Source: Leucoraja ocellata (lineage: Eukaryota). Taken from it: a stretch of 64,000 bases of DNA. The notes under the pieces are model-generated. The model was not told where the DNA came from, ran no database searches, and saw only the letters and a list, made by a program, of their open reading frames with translations. Positions 12,894-24,400 of this stretch are shown piece by piece (the first letter of the stretch is position 1; each line of letters opens with the position of its first letter). The stretch is from NCBI GenBank assembly GCA_036785375.1, contig JAWMAR010000421.1, forward strand, positions 1,612,001 to 1,676,000, written 5' to 3'. The position numbers and the translations under genes were made by a program.

Positions 12894-13420
12894 TAAAGCA
12901 ATTATCTATGTGAACCATATTGATAAACTAAACTCAACTGAACTGTAACATGAGCAGGTTTGATTGGATGAATGTGTTTTTACAGAACTTGAAACATTAT
13001 TAACATTCGAGTACGAGAGCCTTATGTTTTTAAATTGAGATCTTGAGTAATGCAAATAACAAGAATGGTGGGTTGCTGATTGTCACACTAATATCATTGA
13101 TAACAACTTTGAGCATTTGTTTTAAATACCGAGTGTATTTAGTGGGGAAAAAGACTAGAGTAATACAAATGGGAAATAGTTCATTGAATTTAATTTTGCT
13201 TAAATATTTATTACAGCAGCACAGAATTTAATGCAAGTAAGGAACATAATAAAAGTTTTGCATTCTGTATTATTATAGTTGATTTCAAGTGGCAGACATG
13301 AAACATGAAATGATTCATCAGGTAATTGTAATTATTCTGCTAAACATGATATTCTAAAGCAAACAAAAATTAATATGCTGGAAATCTGAAAAAGAAAATA
13401 CTGAAAATATTCAGCAGATC

Positions 13421-13965
13421 CAAGATCAAGTTTAAGTTCAAGAGAGTTTATTGTCATGTGTCCCTGATAGGACAATTAAATTCTTGCTTTGCTTCAGCAC
13501 AACAGAACATAATAGGCATTGACTACAAAACGCATGAATAAATATACTGATAAAGTGCAAATAACAAATAATGGGTTATTAATGTTCAAAGTTTTGTCTG
13601 AACCAGGTTTAATATCCTGATGGCTGTGGGGAAGTAGATATTCCTGAACCTGGTCGTTGCAGTCTTCAGGCTCCTGTACCTTTTACCTGAAGGTAGCAGG
13701 GAGATGAGTGTGTGGCCAGGATGGTGTGGGTCTTTGATGATACTGCCAGCCTTTTTGAGGCAGCGACTGCGATAAATCCCCTCGATGGAAGGAAGGTCAG
13801 AGCCGATGATGGACTGGGCAGTGTTTACTACTTTTTGTAGTCTCTTCCTCTCCAGGGCACTCAAGTTGCCGAACCAAGCCACAATGCACCCGGTCGGCAT
13901 GCTCTCTACTGTGCACCTGTAGAAGTTAGAGAGAGTCCTCCTTGACAAACCGACTCTCCATAATC
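13421..13965 (-). mobile_element. Rex1/Babar-clade LINE 3' fragment
   Basis: 120-aa ORF FYRCTVES..TGCIVAWFGN...LQKVVNTAQSIIG..LPS...DPHHPGH...LLPSGKRYRS...RFRNIYFPTAIRILN; (cttgaa)n-like tail. Confidence 0.88.
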
Positions 13966-15335
13966 CAGCAGCATTTGCGAAGAGAAAAACAGTATTAACA
14001 TTTCAGGTCAATGAGTTTTCATCAGAACTAGTTTGTGGAGAGAAAAACTGACCTTGCATGAGGCCTAATCAACATGGAACATTTTCTCTCTCTCTGCAGA
14101 TGTACCTGACCTGCTGAGTAGTTTCAGTATTATTTTTTATTTAAGTTTTTAGAAAATGCGTTTCTCTGCATTTCACAGTTCCAGCACCATCTTTCACATT
14201 TTCTCATCTCCCCTGTCCTCACTCATCGCCCACCATTTATACCTCCTCCACACAGCCCTTTTTAACTCCCTTGTACATCACCAACAGCACTTGTATCACC
14301 TGGGCAATCTTGGCTCCAACCTGTCACAGACATTCCCTCTGTTTTCTCCAGACCTCCTTTCCCCAGCACTTTAAAACCCACTTGTTTGCTCAAGGTTTAA
14401 AAGTACATCAAACTGAAATGTCAACTTTATTTCTCTCTCCCGACCTGTTGATGCCAGGTGATGTATGGAAGACCATTAAGTGTGAAAAATTCTATGATTT
14501 TTTTTGTAGTTTACCCATATTGTATCAATAAATATTTTATTTAATTGACAAAATAGGTTTTATTCTCAGTGATATGGGGTGGAAGATTGCAACCTTCAAG
14601 TGGTCCATCCTGTTTCAACTAATGCAATCAAACGGAAGATCAAATAGAACAAGTTGTCCTACAACTTTAGGCTGTGCACACCACACTAAAGAAGAAGTCG
14701 GTGATATAATGAGTGAACACGTTAAAATGGGCTATAAACACAAGTGTGCATCAGTTGGACTGAATGGGATGTGAAACTAACCTTAAGGTTACATTTCTTG
14801 CTCAGTTATTTAATTTGATCTTAGATCATGAGAATTTTAGCCCAGCTGTTTTGGTGTTTTGTGTCGTGATTATTGTCAAGTTTTTAATAGCACTGCCCTG
14901 CTGGTAAATGGCACTTCTGGTAAATGGCGTGATTATAGGTGATCTATTTTGTCACGAAGCCAAATTATTAAAGAGCAATACATCCTTCATCCACACGATG
15001 GCACCAACCTCAATCATCCCCCCTTACTAATTGAAAACACATAGGGTTTGCAACTTTATCTCTCTTCCAGCACAGACCAGGGTTTGTAAAATTCAACATT
15101 GACAGCATTTAGAAAACGCGCTTCATTGCCCCCTCCCACTATTTCGCCGAACAGCCACCAATTAGAAGTAGGATAGGATATTCCGTCATTTGTCCACAGC
15201 TCTACATTGACTTCTCTCTCCAAGTTAACAGTTGCTTGTTGTTTGGCAACTGCTGTACAGTAAGAGGAAGTAGAAGCAGTGAAATTCAGCAGAGGAAGGA
15301 GAACGGTGCTAGTTCTGCTCAGTCACCTCCTGAAA

Positions 15336-15408
15336 ATGTCGGGAATAGTTATCCCATTACTGCTGTTTTTTCATTCCGTCTGCAGCTTGCCCGAGTTTTC
15401 TTTCAAAG
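15336..15408 (+). CDS. CTSH: CTSH exon 1 (signal peptide)
   Basis: aaaATG; [24 protein letters not shown]; donor AAG|gtaagg in phase 1 (duplicate donor after 15429). Confidence 0.85.
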
Positions 15409-18400
15409 GTAAGGCATTTTCTTTCAAAGGTAAGGAATTTTCTTCAGAAGCTCAGAAATAGGAATCATATTTCTGATTGTTCCGAAGCCTCTGGCATGAA
15501 TTTTCCAATAAACGCGACGGGAGTTTTGTGCAAAGAGGGCTTTGTGCAGGGAGTCGTGGTGAGAGCTTCTGATGGGGAAAAAACTTGTTTAACACGGCAA
15601 ATTATTACCTAGAAATCACAGCCCGGGGGTTTGGTGGATATCAGCAGGTTTTCAAAAAAAAGGAAGTAGATATGCTTACAAGAAGGATATATATCTTTAG
15701 GGCCGCGGTTATAGAGCAAAGGAGCTGGGTAATTGGAAAACTTTCAAAAAATCGCTGACACAATGGGCAAAACTATCTTCCGTTCCACATTATTTTATAA
15801 TTTTTTAACTCAAATTGCTGTGTGTGGTCAGGCCATTCGACATTAACCCGTCTCATAGCTCGCGTTTAATTTTTAGGCAATTGCAGACTGTACTGAGACA
15901 GGTTCGACCGGTACCAACTTATTTCCAGATTGTTGGAAACCCCCTTGTATGTTCCCTTAATACTGGATGCTCTGGCTGCTCTCTCGTCGTTTCTTCTGCT
16001 ATTGTTCCCGGTGGCTACACAAAATAAAATATTTGTTTTTTCCATTGCATCATTCAAATCCCTTTCAGAACAATCCAACGCGCTTTAACACTAATTGAGG
16101 ATTTTTTTTTAAAATGTTGTCATTACTGTTGTTAGGGAAATAAAATCAGGGCCTGGGTTTCAAGTGTGGAGCATTTTTCACTCTGAATCAGTCGTTCTTC
16201 AGAAGCCAGGGCATCAAAACCCGGGCTGTAGCTGCCAGTATTGGCAGGTTAATACGTCAAACAGAAATGTCCTCCTGTCGATATTTTTCCACAGATCCCT
16301 TTGCGAACCTGTGTATGGCCTTTGTTGTGTGTAATATTGGTGGGGTTACCTTGTACTAGGTTGTGCTGCTGGTGAACTTAATATTAATGAATAGACATGA
16401 ATAGTGTATGAAGAAAGCCAAACAACAGACCAAGTAGTTTAAGACCAGTAATGGAGAAAGTTTCAGAAACAATAGTTAGCAGACAGATGGATAAGTCAGA
16501 GTCGTACAACATGGAAACGGGTCCTTCAGTCAATTGGGTCCATGCCCATCATTGAACAAACATTTATACTACTCCTATTTTGTTCTCTTCCCCCCACCCA
16601 TTGCAGGTTCTATCACTCATTTACACATCGGAGGCCATTTACAGTGGCCAATAAACCTATCAATTGACACATCTTTAGGATGTGGCAGGAAACTGAACCA
16701 CAGGGGAATCATGCACACAACACACACAACATCGAAGGCTAGGACTGGCCCCTGATTTACCGCAGCTGCTCTGCTGCACCGCTGTACTGATTAGAAAAAA
16801 GGAAGCTGGCAGTATGAAAGATAAATCACATCCACTTAGCAGTAACGTGGTTGATGTATATATGGACTTCCAAAAGGTATCTGATCGTGCCATTTAGCAT
16901 TTTGCTAAATTCAGGCAAATAGGACTAACTCAGGGGCACAGCACAGCAATGGAGTTGCTGCCTCAAAGTGCCAGAGATCTGGGGTTCGATCTTGACTACA
17001 GGTGCTGTCTATGTGGAGTTTGCACATTCTCCCTATGGCCGCATGGGTTTCCTCTGGCTGCTCCAGACATGCAGGTTAATTGTAGGTTTGTAGGTCTGCC
17101 TTGTTGAAGGTACACAACGATCTGCTTCTCGCCATCGACTCCGTTGACTGTGCAGTCCTGCTCCTTCTCAACCTCAGCGCAGCGTTTGATACAGTGGACC
17201 ACACCATCCTAATTGACCGTCTCCAGTATGCGGTTGGTGTTGATGGCATTGCCCTGAGCTAGTTTGTTTCCTACCTCAAAAATAGGAGTTTCTCTACCAA
17301 CATAGGCAATTCTTTCTCTTCCCCAGCTAGCCTTTTCTGCGGGGTGCCACAAGGCTCCATCCTTGGTCCCAATCTCTTCTCTCTGTACATGCTGCCCCTC
17401 GGCCAAGTCATTCAAAGGCACGGCATTTGTTTCCACTGTTATGCAGATGACACAGCTCTATCTCTCCCTGAAACCCAACGACCGGTCAAATTTAATCAGC
17501 CTCATGCACTGACTCGAGGACATAAAATGTTGGATGGCCCAGAACTTCCTTCAACTAAAGGAGAGCAAGTCTGAGGTCATCCTACTCGGCCTCTCCAACT
17601 CCATCAAAACTAGGCAGCCTTTGAAAAGCCTTGATTCCTTAGTCAAACCGCACGTCAAAAACCTTGCCATGATATTTGACTCCGCATTAAAGTTTGACAA
17701 ACAAGTTAACTCTGTGGTAAAAGCTAGTTTCTTCCAGCTTCGTGCCATAGTTAAAATCAAACCATTCCTCCAATTCGACGACCTTGAAAAAATCATCCAT
17801 GCATTCGTCTCCTCCTGCTTTGACTACTGCAACTCCCTATACTCTGGCATCAGCCAATCATCCCTGTCCCGCCTGCAATTGGTTCAAAACGCTGCAGCGA
17901 GACTTCTGACGGGCACTCGTAAAAGGGACCACATCGCCCCGATCCTGGCCTCTCTCCACTGGCTCCCAGTATGGTACAGAATCAACTTTAAGCTCCTCTT
18001 ATTCGTATAAAAAGCCCTTAATAGGCTTGTTTCTACACTGTATCTCTAAGATAAACGAAAGGATGGGCAACTTTGTTTGTATGGCCGTGCATAACTCTTT
18101 GGCTTTAATCTCGGTCCTGACAAGTGGGACAGCATTGATTTGGATGAACAGATTCCAATTAGGGAAGAATTGATAGAAATAGGAATTTTTGATACAAACA
18201 GTATTGGTAACATGGAGACCTTGGGAATGGAGGGAGGGCAATAATTTAAATGCCATAACTGGAGTTAATTTTCTTTATTTTGTTTTACAGAAATAAGTTA
18301 TTTCAAAGAGTGGATGATCATGGTAATTATTTCTGTGCTGCGTTGATCCTTTCTGCCATTCTGTCAGAACCAATCGTACTTGTATTTCTGCCGTGTTTTA

Positions 18401-21400
18401 TACCTTGGTCCCTCTACCCGAGATGGATTCCAAGTCAGAGTTTTGACTGAGTCACCCATGTACCAATTACTTGAGAAGCAAGATCCCTCTTGTATTTTAA
18501 AGAAAGCCTATGTGGGAATATGACATTTAAAAAGAAGAACATTTCTCAGAATAGGAAAAAAGATTTGTTAAGGCCTTGTAGAATTCTTGCTCTTGATTTG
18601 CCAGCGACTGGACAGAATTAAGGGGACTTTCCATCAGACAAAATTAGTTCCTTCATTGTGGGAAGACTGGAATTAGACAAAGCTACTAAACGTTCAGTGG
18701 GTCATGTTGTCTTCACAGTTCATCTTTTACACAAATGTTTTTTTTTAAATTCAAGCCTGTCTTCCTGCTCTGTTGCTAAGGTGGATGTTAAATATCCCAC
18801 GGCCTCTTTTGGAAGATCAGTATAAAACTGGATCTGAAATTGCAGAGGAACGTAGGTAGGAGTAAAGAACAAAAGTGAAGGTCCATTATAGAAAGGCCCA
18901 AGGCAGAAAAACAAGTAATGATAATGGTGCTGCAGGGACAAACTGCATTGGTAATAGGAAAATAAATAAAAGACTGTTGTAGAGCAAATGTAAATACAAA
19001 CCGAACCCATACCTACCCAAAACTGTTGAACTTGCTGTTTGGTTCAGAAGGGTGTAAAAGACTAGTGAGTTAAAGAGAGCTTTATGGTAACAGAATGGGA
19101 GGCTATGGAAAGGGAGGTCAGGGTGGAAATGGGAGGGAAGTTAATGTTATCAGAAACTCAGGGTCACAATTGGGCAACAAAGGAGAGCATTCCATAAATT
19201 TGTTAGCCTATCTGTTACTGACCATTAAATATATAATCGCAGGTCAGCAAAGCAATTCATGTTGAACTGCACAACACGTGAGCCTTGTTGGCTTGGCTAA
19301 GATTTATTATGGCTAGATTAGCTTTTATTGCCCATCATTCTCTAACCTTGTACAAAGTATCAGGCTGCGCCACATCAGAGAACTGTTAAGAATTAATCAC
19401 ATTGCTGGGATTTTAACAAGTCTCAGATTTAGCCGAGACCTCTGGATTATTAATCTAGTAATTAAAACTTTTTTTTTAAATGCTAACAAAATACAGATTT
19501 ATTTCTAGGAGAATAGAATTGAAATGTTATAAAGTTGTATAAAACTTGGGAAGGGCACGTTCGGCTGGAAATAGACCCCCATGGAGACATGGCACAGCAG
19601 TCTTGTATCTCCAGAGACATGGCTTCAGATCAGACCTCAGATGCTGTCTATGTCTGCCCAGTTCTCCAATTTCCTACCAATCTCCGAAGATGTGCAGACA
19701 CAAAATGCTGGAGTAACTCAGCGGGACAGGCAGCATCACTGGAGAGAAAGAATGTGTGACGTTTCGGGTCGAGATCCTTCTTCAGACGTGAGATTCCAAA
19801 GAGGTGCAGGTGGATTAACTGGCCTCTGTATAGTAATCTCTTAGTGTAGGTGGCAAAAAGAATCAAAGGGGCCTAGTTAGATGTGGGAGTGAATGAGTGC
19901 AGAGTTGTGGGGAGATGAATAGCTGGTGAATGGGACTGATGGGATTGCTATGCTGAGTGTACCATGGACCCAATAAGCTTACTGGCCTCCTTTTGCTTCA
20001 GAGTAAGTTTAGTTCCACCACTGTAGTATAAAATAGAATGGAAGCTGTGGGGAAAGTGCACAAAGCAGACTGAGAAATGAATTGTTGTAATGAAAACAGT
20101 GAGTAGATCGGGCTTTGTTTCCTTTAGAAATGGCTTAAAAGTGACATGGTAGAAATCTAAAATTATGAATGATAAGTCAAGATTGTTAAAGAGAGAATGC
20201 TTCTATTTGTTGGCAAACCCAGAACTTAGCCTGATAAATGCAAGGTCGTTTCTAATAAATTCAATGGGAACTTCAGAATACATTTCTCTTGTAGTGTAAT
20301 TAGAAGTTGGAACTCTCTGCCTCTGGGAATAATTAACTTGTATACTTTGGATGCTTTCTGAAGGAAATTAGAATGTTGAGAGAGTTTGATGCGATAGACT
20401 AGGTCTAAGGCTCCTTTGGTTTATAAACACCAGCATAAATTAATTGGGCCAATTGGCTTATCATTGTGCCGTATATTCTATGTGTATCTATATTGTAAAT
20501 GAACGCAATCAACTCTCTATTGAAAGTGATTCCGTTTACAAAGGGATGCAAATCAATAACTGACAACACTGATTTGAGATAATTGGCAAGAGATCAAAGG
20601 ATGGATTAGAAGATGGTATTTAATTCAGCAATTTGTTGAAATCTGGATGGTATCGTGTGAAAGAGTATTATAAATCATTCAACCGCACACAAAGGAAATT
20701 GAACAGATACTTGAAAAGGAATTACGGGTCCATGTAAAAATAGAATACAGCGGATAGTTGGTGGTGGTTAGGGAGAGAGGACTTTGAAAAGCTAAAGTCC
20801 TTGGTATGCTGTTTGCCCAAAAGATCTTTTGTGATGCATGATCTGCATTGGTCTACAAATGTTGTGACCCATCTCGTGTCTTTTATCATTTTATTTGTTT
20901 CAGACATTTAGACGGGTAAATGAATAGGAAAGGTTAGATGGATATGGGCCAAATGCGGGCAAATGGGAATAGCTCAGATAGACATCTTGATTGGTATGGA
21001 TGATGTTGGGCTGAAGGGCCTGTTTCCATGCTATATAATTAAATGACTCTGAAGACAATTCACAATAGTGACTTAACATGGAGTTTAGTAACGCATTTTA
21101 TTTGATTATGCTTTCTGGGATGTTTTACTGCATTATAAGATGATACGTAAATCAAAATTCTTGTTGATTCAAGATAATATTTTGCTTGATTCCATTTTTT
21201 GCGAGCAGAACAACAAAGACTACAGCTCGGAGGAGTACACCCACAGGCTGCAAACCTTCATCCAGAACAAGAGAAGGATTGATGACCACAACGAAAGCAG
21301 TCGTACCTTTCGCAGTGAGTTCACTCGAATATACAATGGCTTGCAAAAGTATTCATACCCCTTGAACTTTTCCACATTTTGTCACGTTACAACCACAAAC

Positions 21401-24400
21401 GTAAATGTAATTTATTGGAATTTTGTGATAGACCAACACAAAGTGGTGCATAATTGTGAAGTGGAAGGAAAATGATACATGGTTTTCAAATTTTTTTACA
21501 AATAAAAAACTGAAAAGTGTGGCGTGCAAAAGTATTCACATGTTGAGGGTCAGATTAGTGAAGATTTAATCCTGTGGTAGAATGGGTTTTATAGACAAAT
21601 CATCCAACCCTTATTCAAGTTCCTCCACTTCATCTGTTCCTAAGTACCCTACACACTTAGATTGTATGAAGACCACGGTCATGACGCAGAGATCAACAGA
21701 TTATAAAAAATAGTTTATAGTTATTTTTATTGACCGTTTAATAAAACATCATGGATTGAAGTAGCTTCATTTTAACGATTGCCGTGCGAATTATAATCTC
21801 CATGTACAACAGCTGAAGGAACTTCACAGACTTAGTCCAACAGTTTGGAGGAAAGCACTGCACTCTGTCAACTTTACAGTTGTGAATTAATACCATCAAT
21901 ATAAATGTTTAAGAAAGAACTGCAGATGCTGGAAAATCGAAGGTAGACCAAAATGCTGGAGAAACTCAGCAGGTGAGGCAACATCTATGGAGCGAAGGAA
22001 ATGAGCGATGTTTCAGGTCCGAAGAGGGGTCTCGACCCGAAACGTTGCTTATTTCCTTCGCTCCATAGATGCTGCCTCACCCACTGAGTTTCTCCAGCAT
22101 TTTTGTCTACCATCAATATAAATGTTGTGTTTTGCAGCATGCAAGCTTTACTATTTACACTGTAATACCATTTTGGAGGAATAATGTCTAAGGTTTAACT
22201 TCTCATATTTTGAATTCCCTTTCTACAGTGGGTCTCAACCAATATTCTGACATGACCTTCAGTGAGTTTAAGACACTGTACTTGATGAAAGTACCACAGG
22301 TAACGGCTTCTTTCCGCTCTTTGCTGCTAAATTTCTACCTGGATTTCATGCTAATTCACTGCCTTCAAGTTTCTCTGCCCATTACTTATGGTTTCCCTTA
22401 AAACAGGCACCATTGTGAAAAGATAAGGTCACTATAGTAATTGGATATCCATGTGTAAAACACACAAAAAAATATAGAGCAAGTCAAAAATTAATGGCAA
22501 CTACAGAGGGTTGTGACAGTATGTTTAACCTCAAATGAACTTTGTCTCCTACGCTTGCCCCTTAAGTTGTACAGTTTTCTTTTGAAATGCTTCTCTGGTG
22601 GGCACCTCTCTTGTCTCTAGTTTAGATGATCATGAGTTCATTACATGAACATGAGTCCAGCTACATATACAATCAATGTCAACATTCCCGATCCCAATAC
22701 AATGGAGAACATTAGAAGTACTATTGATTAGATTTTCTTTAACCAAATTCAATCCACCATTACACATGGTCAGAAGATGAAACAACGCAATTTCAAAAAT
22801 AAAACCCACAGCCCTGGCCCCTACTCCCAACTTTATCACATTGCCATCCCCAAATCGGCTGCTGCCTTTCCTACAAAGCATTTTGAGACATCCCTAATGA
22901 AAGGTGCTTTGGAAATGCAAATGCTTTCTTTCACTTGCTCTATAGTTGGTTTTCAAGCGTTCATGGCTCATTCATCCACATACTGATTTAAATCCTCTGT
23001 CGTGATATTGTATAGAAATCACCAGGGGTATGCTGTATATATGTATATATTTTATATATATATTTTCCCAGTTGTGTGGTTATTGCGGTATCTTATGTTG
23101 TTTCAGTAGTAACCAACTAACCAGGTTGTACAAGGCAGGGAGCTTGTCAAATGTGTATATAATATCTTCATAATTATGTTAACAAGAACATTATTGTACT
23201 TGACAGTGGAGAAACTCTTTAAAACTAACAGGATTATCTTGAACTTAAGAGTTGATGATTCAACATATGCTATCGCATGAAACATCCAAGTGCCTCACTA
23301 GAAAGAAAAGTGCAATAGTGCGGGTAGGATTGGATGCAGAATGATTCAAGGTATCATCTTTCAAATGAGATCTTGACCTGTTCCCCAGGCCACCCTCCTT
23401 CTCAGTTGCAGACAATAGATTCCAAGGCACTATTTGCAGCAAGTTCCCCCAGTGGCAAAGTGGACATTTGATGCCATTGTTGAACTTCCCCAATATATAG
23501 ATGGATAGGACCGGTTTGGAGGGATTTGGACCAAATGCGGGCAGGTGGAACTAGTGTAGCTGGGACATGTTGCCGGTGTGGGCAAGTTGGGCTGAAAGGC
23601 CTGTTTTTACACTGTATCACTCTATGACTCTATTAGGAACCAACACTTGTCGCTGAGCTAAAGAAAATAAAGTTTGATATACATCTGAGTGATATGCCTG
23701 TAGGTACTACCCTGGTGACAAGGTCTTTCATGACAAAAGGGGCTTCTATCTATAATGTGGGGAAAGATTGACAGCGGGCTAAACCATGCCACCTTCATTA
23801 GCTTGATTGTCAAAACAGTTGACCTCTTCAAAATATTCCCAAACTTTTCAGAAACATCTCAAATTTTAGCAAAAGGAAAAAGTCAGAAGTAAAGATTCTA
23901 AAATGCTTACACTTCTTAACATTATAAAAACAAAAAAAATTAAATGTTAAAGATTTAAAAAATGTTAAGATTATATGGTTTTACGTAAATAACATATGTA
24001 TAAGTCTTTATATAATATCACTTGTCCAAGGCTTTTCCAATCAAGCCACTGGGTTTCCTGGTAATATTACCTGTTTTCAGGGAAGCTAGTCTGTTTCTTT
24101 GTGGTCTTCATATGGAGCCTATAGTTGGAGCTGGGGGCTTTCCAGTGCCAAATTGCTTGATGAGGCACTAGTTCTTCTATTCACACATGTACAGAAGCCT
24201 TGAGCTGGAATGCTGGAATCCTTGCTGTAAACTTCCTAGAAAATCCAAGCCCTAAATACAAAATTAAAATATTCCAGGTGCTGGGAATCTGAAATGAAGA
24301 GCTGGGTTCCAGACTGCAGTGAATAACTATCCTCGTGCCTTGATAGCTTTGGGTTTATCTTTGCAAAATATAAATTGTTTTCTCTGTCTCATAGAACTGC

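Noticed and set aside
12388-12896. Five overlapping ORFs of 61-143 aa on both strands
   Set aside because: They lie within a GC-rich MITE where stop codons are scarce; no recognisable protein motif or splice context.
16933-17000. tRNA gene candidates (also about 39950, 43860, 52550)
   Set aside because: The A/B-box-like heads continue into the V-SINE body and do not form a complete cloverleaf.
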